From a bacterium (GTDB lineage Bacteria > UBA8248): a stretch of 64,000 nt of DNA. Shown here one piece after another: positions 57,222 to 64,000 of this stretch. Both the position numbers and the translations under genes were made by a program. The notes under the pieces are model-generated. The model searched no databases. It saw nothing but the letters and a program-made list of their open reading frames with translations, and was not told where the DNA came from. The number at the start of each line of letters is the position of its first letter. Positions within the stretch are counted from its first letter, which is position 1. The stretch spans positions 2,112,001 to 2,176,000 of the forward strand of contig OZ241326.1 in assembly GCA_965199855.1 (NCBI GenBank), written 5' to 3'.

Positions 57222-58670
57222 ATGTCTGGATGGACGGATGACCATCCGAAGGAAGAATGCGGCGTCTTCGGGATTTACGGCCACCCCGAGGCGGCCAACA
57301 TGGCCTATCTCGGCCTCTACGCCCTCCAGCACAGGGGACAGGAGAGCGCGGGCATCGTGGCCTCCGACGGAGATCGGGTGCACAGCGAGGTCGGCATGGG
57401 CCTCGTGGCCGACGTGTTCACGCAGGAGCGCATCGGCAGGCTCCGGGGGCGCATCGCCATCGGGCACAACCGCTACTCCACCGCCGGGCAGTCCGACATC
57501 AAGAACGCCCAGCCGTTTCTGGTGAACTGCGCCAAGGGAACGCTCGCTCTGGGCCACAACGGAAATCTCGTCAACAGCGCCGCCCTGCGCGCGGAGCTCG
57601 AAGCCACGGGATCCATCTTCCGCAGCACGACGGACAGCGAGGTCATCCTGCACCTCATCGCCCGCTCGGAGGAGAAAACCGCCGAGGGCGCCATCCTGGA
57701 GGCCGTCCAGCGGCTGGAGGGCGCCTACACGCTCGCCATGATGAAGGAAGACGCGCTGATAGGGGTTCGGGACCCTCTCGGCTTCCGTCCCCTCGTTCTG
57801 GGCAGGCTCCCCTCCGACCTGCCCGGGGTCGATTCCTGGGTTCTCGCGAGCGAGACGTGCGCGCTCGATCTCATCGACGCCGAATACGTCCGCGAAGTGG
57901 CGCCGGGCGAGATGGTCGTCATCGACGCGGACGGGCCGCGGAGCGTCTCCTGCGCGGCGCCCGGGCGACGCCGGCAGTGCATCTTCGAATTCATCTACTT
58001 CGCCCGGCCGGACAGCCTGATTTTCGGCAAGAACGCCTACTCCGTCCGGCGAAAGCTGGGCGCGCGGCTCGCGGAGGAGGACAGCCTGGATGCGGACGTC
58101 GTCATCCCCGTTCCCGACTCGGGCCTCGCCGCCGCGCTCGGATACGCGCGCGCCTCGCGCCTGCCTCTGGAATGGGGCCTGATTCGCAACCACTACGTGG
58201 GCCGCACCTTCATCGAGCCGGAGCAGTCCATCCGTCATTTCGGCGTCAAACTGAAGTTGAACCCGATCAAGGAGTTTCTGGCGGGCCGGCGCGTCGTGGT
58301 GGTTGACGACTCCCTCGTCCGGGGGACGACGAGCAGGAAAATCGTCGAGCTCATCCGGGGGGCGGGCGCGAAGGAGGTGCACATGCGGGTCAGCTCTCCG
58401 CCCATCACGCATCCGTGCTTCTTCGGCATCGACATGCCCACCCTCGCGGAGCTCAAGGCGTCCTCGCAAAGCGTCGAGGAAATCCGGCGCTTCCTGGACG
58501 CGGACAGCCTCTATTATCTCTCCCTGGAGGGGTTGCTCGGCTGCGTTCACCCGGATGAAGGGGAATTCTGCACGGCGTGCTTTTCGGGCGATTACCCGAT
58601 TCCCGTCGATCAGAGCGACGATCAGCTCTCCCTCTTCCGGGATTCCCGCACCTCCGAGCACCGCGCATAA
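57222..58670 (+). CDS. purF: Amidophosphoribosyltransferase
   Basis: EECGVFG, LQHRGQESAG, HNRYST, VVDDSLVRGTTS, C.ACFSG.YP. Confidence 0.96.
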   Translation: MSGWTDDHPKEECGVFGIYGHPEAANMAYLGLYALQHRGQESAGIVASDGDRVHSEVGMGLVADVFTQERIGRLRGRIAIGHNRYSTAGQSDIKNAQPFLVNCAKGTLALGHNGNLVNSAALRAELEATGSIFRSTTDSEVILHLIARSEEKTAEGAILEAVQRLEGAYTLAMMKEDALIGVRDPLGFRPLVLGRLPSDLPGVDSWVLASETCALDLIDAEYVREVAPGEMVVIDADGPRSVSCAAPGRRRQCIFEFIYFARPDSLIFGKNAYSVRRKLGARLAEEDSLDADVVIPVPDSGLAAALGYARASRLPLEWGLIRNHYVGRTFIEPEQSIRHFGVKLKLNPIKEFLAGRRVVVVDDSLVRGTTSRKIVELIRGAGAKEVHMRVSSPPITHPCFFGIDMPTLAELKASSQSVEEIRRFLDADSLYYLSLEGLLGCVHPDEGEFCTACFSGDYPIPVDQSDDQLSLFRDSRTSEHRA

Positions 58671-58675
58671 AGGGT

Positions 58676-58704
58676 TTGACCTCGCCGCCGTTGGCTGTTA
58701 TCCT
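58676..58704 (+). promoter_or_regulatory. Putative sigma-70 promoter of the mltD-like gene
   Basis: TTGACC-N17-TATCCT with extended TG. Confidence 0.5.
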
Positions 58705-58754
58705 TCCCGTCATACTGCAAGCGAAGCTGTTTCCGCCCCTTTGAAGATCAAACA

Positions 58755-60563
58755 ATGACAAAAGAACCGAAGAAGAGCACCGTCCCCGGCGCGAAGCGAA
58801 TCAGTTTGCTCATTCTCTGCGTCTTCGCGGCGGGGTGCGGCGGGGCGACTCTCGCCAAGAAGGAAATTCAGCCGAAGAACCCGGCGGACGGCGGCGCGGT
58901 CGAAGCGCGCGTCCGCGCTCCTTCGGACGGGGCCGTCCCCTCCCCGGAGCGCGCGCCGTTCGAAGCGCGGGCAAAGCCGCCGCGCGCCACGCTTCCCGCC
59001 GGCTTGCAAGACGCCCGGGAGGATCAGCCGCTCCGGGACGCTCTTGGCGCGGCCGCGAAACCGCCGGATGAGGAAGCGGTCGAGGTGGACAAGGACATCG
59101 AGCCCTCCCCGCACGACCTCAGCCTGCCGATGCCCGAAGTCGAGGAAGAGGCCGACGTTCCGCCCTCGCCGCCCGCCGCGGCGGCGCCCAAGGCCGCTTC
59201 CTACGACGTGCCCGTCGTCCGCAACGCCCTCGTGGACAGGTGGATCAATTACTTCACGGGCCAGGGACGCGCGAACTTCTCCATCTGGCTGAGCAGGAGC
59301 GGGCGCTACCTCCCGCTGTTCCGCGAAATTCTGAAGGAGCGCGGCCTGCCGCAGGATCTGGCGTATCTTCCCCTGATCGAGAGCGGCTTCAGCTCCAGGG
59401 CGCGCTCCAGGGCCGGCGCCGTCGGCCAGTGGCAGTTCATGCCGGGCACCGCGAGGATCATGGGGCTGAAAATCAACTTCTACGTGGACGAGCGCCGCCA
59501 CCCGATCAAATCCACCCGCGCGGCCGCGACGTATCTCTCGAAACTCTACGAGGAGTTCGGCGACTGGCATCTGGCGCTCGCCAGTTACAACGCGGGCGAG
59601 CGCCGCGTCATGCGGGCCATGCGCAGATCGGGAAAAAAGAACTACTGGTCGCTCGTCAAAACGAGACACCTGCCCAACGAGACGCGCCAATACATCGCCA
59701 AATACCTGGCGGGGATGATCATCGCCAAGAACCCGGAAGCCTTCGGCTTCAAGGACGTCCCCTACCAGGAGTCCTGGAACTACAAAGCCGTCCCGCTCCC
59801 GCACGGCGTCAGCCTGAAGGCGGTTTCCCGCGCCGCGGGCGTTCCGCTGCCCGCGCTGAGGAAAATCAACGCGGAGTTCAGGACTTCCGTCACGCCCCCG
59901 CGGAAGGGGTACAGGGTTTTCCTGCCGCGCGAGAAGGCGGAGGGACTCGGCGCGAAGCTGGCGAAACTGCCCAAGGCGCGCCTGCGGGCTTCGCGCTACT
60001 ACCGGATTCGGCCGGGCGACACCCTCGGCGACATAGCGAGAAGATTCCGGATTCCCCTGCGCCGCCTGATGGCGCTGAACGCCCGCCTCCATCCCAAAAG
60101 ACTCCGGCCGGGCCGCAAAGTTCTTCTCTCCCGGCATGGGGAGAGCCCCGGAACGGCCCGCCGCAGGCTCGCGCGGGCGAACGGGAGCCCCGCCGCGCCC
60201 GGGACGCACGTCGTGCGGCGCGGCGAGAGCCTGTGGGTGATCGCCCGAAAGCGCGGCGTCTCCATCCGGCAGCTGACCCGGCTCAACCCCGGCCTTCGTC
60301 CCAAGCGCATACGCATCGGCGCGAAGATTCGCCTCCCCGCCCCGAAGCCGAAGCGCCCAGCGAAGGCGGAAAAAATCGGGAAAGAGCGGAAGAACAGGGA
60401 GAAGAACGGAGGCGGGCCATCCCACCACCTCGTCGGCCCGGGAGAGAACGTCTGGCTCATCGCCAGGAGATACGGCGTCTCGACGAAATCCCTGCTCGCC
60501 TGGAATCGCCTGAGCGACTCGGCCATGATTTTTCCGGGAAACAGGCTCATCATTCGCCGCTAG
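58755..60563 (+). CDS. mltD: MltD-like lytic transglycosylase lipoprotein with LysM domains
   Basis: Lipobox AAG-C; IESGF, A.GQWQFMPGTA, LASYNAGE; three LysM repeats. Confidence 0.9.
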   Translation: MTKEPKKSTVPGAKRISLLILCVFAAGCGGATLAKKEIQPKNPADGGAVEARVRAPSDGAVPSPERAPFEARAKPPRATLPAGLQDAREDQPLRDALGAAAKPPDEEAVEVDKDIEPSPHDLSLPMPEVEEEADVPPSPPAAAAPKAASYDVPVVRNALVDRWINYFTGQGRANFSIWLSRSGRYLPLFREILKERGLPQDLAYLPLIESGFSSRARSRAGAVGQWQFMPGTARIMGLKINFYVDERRHPIKSTRAAATYLSKLYEEFGDWHLALASYNAGERRVMRAMRRSGKKNYWSLVKTRHLPNETRQYIAKYLAGMIIAKNPEAFGFKDVPYQESWNYKAVPLPHGVSLKAVSRAAGVPLPALRKINAEFRTSVTPPRKGYRVFLPREKAEGLGAKLAKLPKARLRASRYYRIRPGDTLGDIARRFRIPLRRLMALNARLHPKRLRPGRKVLLSRHGESPGTARRRLARANGSPAAPGTHVVRRGESLWVIARKRGVSIRQLTRLNPGLRPKRIRIGAKIRLPAPKPKRPAKAEKIGKERKNREKNGGGPSHHLVGPGENVWLIARRYGVSTKSLLAWNRLSDSAMIFPGNRLIIRR

Positions 60564-60576
60564 CCTCAAGGGATTC

Positions 60577-60606
60577 TTGACACCGGCTCTCACGCTCTCC
60601 TAAGAT
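60577..60606 (+). promoter_or_regulatory. Putative sigma-70 promoter of the bamD operon
   Basis: TTGACA-N18-TAAGAT. Confidence 0.5.
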
Positions 60607-60646
60607 TGGGGCGGAGGCGCGCTTCACTTTTTGGAATCGAGAAAAT

Positions 60647-61420
60647 ATGCCCCATCGACCCGCGCATCGCGTCCTGTTCGCTCTTTTGTCCCTGGCCTGC
60701 CTGCTCCCTCTGCTGAGCGGCTGCGTTTCGCGTCCGAAGGAGCAGGCTTCTCCGGGAGAACTGCTGGTCATCGGCGAGGAGGATTTGCGCGCCGAGCGCT
60801 TCGAGGCCGCGCGCGCCGCGTTCAAGCGCCTGCTCCAGGAATACCCGGACAGCGGACACCGCAGAAGCGCGCTGCTGCGTCTGGCGGATTCCTACTACCA
60901 GGCGGAGGAATACATCGAGTCGAAGCTGCAATACGCCGAATACGCGCGGCTCTACCCCGTGAGCGCGGGAACGCCGAAGGCGTATTACTTCCTCGCCATG
61001 AGCGACTACCGGCAGAACGCGGAGACCGACCAGGATTCCTCCGCCGCCGAAGGAGCCCTCAAGAACTTTCAAACCCTCATCGAGCGCTTTCCCGGCTCGA
61101 ACTACGCGGCCGACGCGAAGCGGAAAATACGGGAATTGAGGGAGCATCTCGGCAGACACGCCCTGTTCGTCGCGAACTTCTATTTCAGGACGAAGCTGCG
61201 CGTCTCCGCGATTCCGCGCTACAGGGAAATCATCCAGGACTTCAAGGACGCGCCCGGGGTTCGCGCCGAAGCCATGTACATGCTCGGCGAGAGCTACAGG
61301 CTGGAGGAGAGCTTCAAGAAGGCGGGAGACGTCTATCTTTCGCTTCTGAAGGCGTATCCCGCCGACCCGCGCGCCTCATCGGCCCACGAGAGGCTCCTCG
61401 CGCTCACGGGCGAAAAATGA
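60647..61420 (+). CDS. bamD: Outer membrane assembly lipoprotein BamD
   Basis: Lipobox LSG-C; TPR helices; DQD...A...F..LIERFP.S.YA.DA; VANFY. Confidence 0.88.
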   Translation: MPHRPAHRVLFALLSLACLLPLLSGCVSRPKEQASPGELLVIGEEDLRAERFEAARAAFKRLLQEYPDSGHRRSALLRLADSYYQAEEYIESKLQYAEYARLYPVSAGTPKAYYFLAMSDYRQNAETDQDSSAAEGALKNFQTLIERFPGSNYAADAKRKIRELREHLGRHALFVANFYFRTKLRVSAIPRYREIIQDFKDAPGVRAEAMYMLGESYRLEESFKKAGDVYLSLLKAYPADPRASSAHERLLALTGEK

Positions 61421-61473
61421 CTCCCGCCAGGCCCGTCCCTCCCGACGACCCGACCGCATGGGGGTAGCCTTCG

Positions 61474-62454
61474 ATGCCTCGCTCGAACGCCGGCGGGACC
61501 GGGGAGCGGTGCGCGCGTGACGAGGCTCGCCCGAAGAAAGAGGCGACTTCCTTCCCGACGGGCGAAGCGGATGACGCGGCCGGGGCCTTCGATTCCCCGG
61601 ACGACGCGCGCGAAGAGGCGTCCGTTTCTCCCGACGCGGACATCCTGTCCATCTACCTGAAGGACATCGGCGCCCACCCCGTTCTCGCGCGCGAGGAGGA
61701 GCGGGAGCTCGCCCTCAAGGCGAGGGACGGGGACGAGGAGGCGTTCAACGGGCTCGTTCGCTCGAATCTGCGATACGTCGTCAGCGTGGCGAAGCGCTAC
61801 AAGGGCTTCGGACTCTCGCTCGAGGATCTGATCAACGAGGGGAACATCGGTCTGATCAACGCGATCAGGCGCTTCGAGCCCGAACGCGGCGTAAAGCTCA
61901 TCACCTACGCCGTCTGGTGGATTCGCCAGAGCATCATGCACGCGCTGGCGGATCAGAAGGGCACCGTCAAGCTGCCCGTCAAGCAGGCCGGCCTGCTCCA
62001 CAGAATCTCCATCGCGCGCGAAAGGCTGCGGCAGGAACTCGGCCGGGAGCCGGCGACGTTCGAGCTCTCCGAGCGGCTGGACATGAAGGCGGCGGACATC
62101 GAGAAGCTGGTCCGCGCCAACCGCACCTCCCTTTCCCTCGACGAGGCCGTCTCCCCCGACGACAGCACCAGCTACCTCGACCTGCTCGAGGAGGAAAGCG
62201 CCGAAACCCTGGAGGAAAGCGCCGTTCGGCACTCTCTCGAAGAGGAGGTCGAAGACCTCCTGGGCGAACTCGACCCCAGGGAGCGCGACATCATCCGGAT
62301 GCGCTACGGCTTCGACGGAGAGGCGATGACGCTCGAGGAAATCGGCCGCGAGCTCGGGCTGTCGCGCGAGAGAATCCGGCAGATAGAGAAGAAGGTGATC
62401 AGCCGCTTTCGCGCGCGGGACGGCAGCCGGACGCTGCATGACTTCCTGAGCTGA
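61474..62454 (+). CDS. Sigma-70 family factor (RpoD/RpoS-like, lacking region 1.1)
   Basis: YLKDIG, NLRYVVSVAKRY, DLINEGNIGL, TYAVWWIRQ, TLEEIG..LGLSRERIRQIE. Confidence 0.9.
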   Translation: MPRSNAGGTGERCARDEARPKKEATSFPTGEADDAAGAFDSPDDAREEASVSPDADILSIYLKDIGAHPVLAREEERELALKARDGDEEAFNGLVRSNLRYVVSVAKRYKGFGLSLEDLINEGNIGLINAIRRFEPERGVKLITYAVWWIRQSIMHALADQKGTVKLPVKQAGLLHRISIARERLRQELGREPATFELSERLDMKAADIEKLVRANRTSLSLDEAVSPDDSTSYLDLLEEESAETLEESAVRHSLEEEVEDLLGELDPRERDIIRMRYGFDGEAMTLEEIGRELGLSRERIRQIEKKVISRFRARDGSRTLHDFLS

Positions 62455-62456
62455 CC

Positions 62457-63065
62457 ATGTCCAGGGCGAAAGAAGAAGACCCGGGCGCGCCGCCCGCGGG
62501 ATGGCGGGAGGCCGCCTCGCGCCTCATCGCGAGCGGAACCGGCAAAAGGTTCACGCTCTCCAACAGCCTCACCCTCGCCCGCATCCTGATGGTTCCGCTG
62601 CTCGTCCTCTTCCTGCTGGAGGGCTCGCCCCCCGCGCAATACTTCGCGGCCGGGCTGTTCGTGATGGCCGCCTTCACCGACTGGCTGGACGGCCACCTCG
62701 CCAGAACGCGCGACCAGGTGACGCCCCTGGGCGAAATTCTCGACCCCGTGGCCGACAAGCTGCTCATCCTCGCCGCCCTGATCCCCCTGGTGTCGCTCGG
62801 AAGGGCGGACGCCTGGGTCGTGGGCATCCTGCTGGGGCGGGAGCTGCTGGTGACCGCCTTTCGCGCCGTGGCCGCGCGCCAGGGGCTGGTGGTGCCGGCG
62901 GGCGGCCTCGGCAAAATCAAGATGGGACTGGAGGTCTCGGCGATCTTCTTCCTCATCCTGAACGTTCTCGCGCCTTTGGGCACGATTCTCATCTGGGCCG
63001 CCATGATGGCGGCCGTGATCTCCGCGGTTGACTACTTCCGGCAAATCATCCGGGAGGTCTCTTGA
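62457..63065 (+). CDS. pgsA: CDP-diacylglycerol-glycerol-3-phosphate phosphatidyltransferase
   Basis: N.LT.ARI, TDWLDG.LAR...VT.LG..LDPVADK, RELLVT, GKIK. Confidence 0.92.
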   Translation: MSRAKEEDPGAPPAGWREAASRLIASGTGKRFTLSNSLTLARILMVPLLVLFLLEGSPPAQYFAAGLFVMAAFTDWLDGHLARTRDQVTPLGEILDPVADKLLILAALIPLVSLGRADAWVVGILLGRELLVTAFRAVAARQGLVVPAGGLGKIKMGLEVSAIFFLILNVLAPLGTILIWAAMMAAVISAVDYFRQIIREVS

Positions 63066-63670
63066 TCCCCGCCCTGCTTCTCGCCGTCCCGCTCGCCGGG
63101 CTGCTGGGCGCGATTCCCTTCGGCGTGCTGATCACCCGGCTGCTCGGCGCCGAGGATCCGCGCAGGTCGGGAAGCGGGAACATCGGCGCGACGAACGTCC
63201 TCAGAACGAGCGGCTGGAAGAGCGGCGTCCCCACCCTGCTGCTCGACGTCCTCAAGGGCGCGGCGGCCGTTCTGCTCGCCCGCCGCCTCGCCTCGCCCGC
63301 CGACGCTCCCGCCCTGGAATCCGCCGCCGCCCTGGCGGCCGCGCTCGGCCACATGTATTCGCCCTTCACGGGGTTTCGCGGGGGCAAGGGCGTGGCCACG
63401 GGGCTGGGCGCGTACGCCGTCCTCCTCCCGGGGCCGACGGCGCTGGCCGCCCTCGTCTTCTTCCTCGCCGCCGCCCTGACGCGCTACGTATCGCTCGCCT
63501 CCATTCTCGCCGCGGCGGCGCTTCCGCTCGCGGGCGCCTGGATGGGCCGCCCCGCGGTGGTATACACTCTCTGCGGCGCGGCCTCCCTGCTCGTCATCTG
63601 GAAGCATCGGGACAACATCGGTCGGCTGGCGCGCGGAGAGGAGAACCGCATCGGCCTGAAAAAGCCATAG
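63062..63670 (+). CDS. plsY: Glycerol-3-phosphate acyltransferase PlsY
   Basis: GSGNIGATNVLR, DVLKG, GH....F.GGKGVAT, HRDNI.RL..GEE. Confidence 0.94.
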   Translation: MIPALLLAVPLAGLLGAIPFGVLITRLLGAEDPRRSGSGNIGATNVLRTSGWKSGVPTLLLDVLKGAAAVLLARRLASPADAPALESAAALAAALGHMYSPFTGFRGGKGVATGLGAYAVLLPGPTALAALVFFLAAALTRYVSLASILAAAALPLAGAWMGRPAVVYTLCGAASLLVIWKHRDNIGRLARGEENRIGLKKP

Positions 63671-63717
63671 GGCTTCCCTCAGGAGGCTTCGCCTCTCGAT
63701 CGTCGCGCTTTCAAGGC

Positions 63718-64000
63718 ATGGGAGAGAACATGCTCACGGGCTGCTCACCCGTTTTTCTTCTCGTCGTCCTGGGCGTCGGAGTCGGGAGCTGGACGTTCGG
63801 AGACCACACCGCCGCCCGAATCACCGGGCTGGCGGCGACAATCCTTTTTCTCACCTACTTCGCCCTTCTGAACTGGACGGCGCAGAACCGCCAGAAGCGG
63901 GAAGCGGACGCCGCGGACGAGAAAAATCCGTATCAGGAAATCACCGGCCCGCACGACGACGGCGCGCGGCGGGAGCGATTCACCGAGGACGACCGGGCGG
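63718..64000 (+). CDS. Hypothetical membrane protein, 3' truncated by the window
   Basis: Open frame from ATG 63718/63730 to the window end with two hydrophobic segments (VFLLVVLGVGV; LAATILFLTYFALL). Confidence 0.45.
   Translation, partial: MGENMLTGCSPVFLLVVLGVGVGSWTFGDHTAARITGLAATILFLTYFALLNWTAQNRQKREADAADEKNPYQEITGPHDDGARRERFTEDDRA

Overview
A 64 kb window of a high-GC (roughly 68-70% by eye) diderm bacterial chromosome. The gene order (ilvB-ilvN-psd-pssA, split atpZIBE, dapL pathway) suggests a deltaproteobacteria- or Nitrospinota-like lineage; this is inference. Most of the window is housekeeping: HU, hisC, larEBC plus a ThiS/MoaD-type gene, two giant TPR proteins with ExbB/ExbD/TonB, panC, folK, dapL/dapB/dapF/lysA, argH, F0 atp genes, rex, tsaB, tandem duplicated AHAS (ilvB-ilvB-ilvN-ilvN), psd/pssA, lptD, ugd/uxs/gmhA, purBCSQLF, mltD, bamD, a sigma-70 factor, pgsA and plsY. 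The most unusual part is the accessory region at about 26.6-35.3 kb. It is dense in modular GTAG-type REP-like hairpins and holds a large autotransporter with an in-frame C10 tract, preceded by a perfect (CGCAGAC)34 microsatellite. The autotransporter is bracketed by two paralogous small heptad-repeat/TM/His-coiled-coil genes that share a sigma-70 promoter. One copy is frameshifted; the other sits between two near-identical 250-bp REP-built direct repeats, like a cassette. Other leads are a 7Fe ferredoxin fused to a membrane anchor and an unknown C-terminal domain, and a low-GC orphan gene. I recognised no tRNA, rRNA, CRISPR array or transposase.
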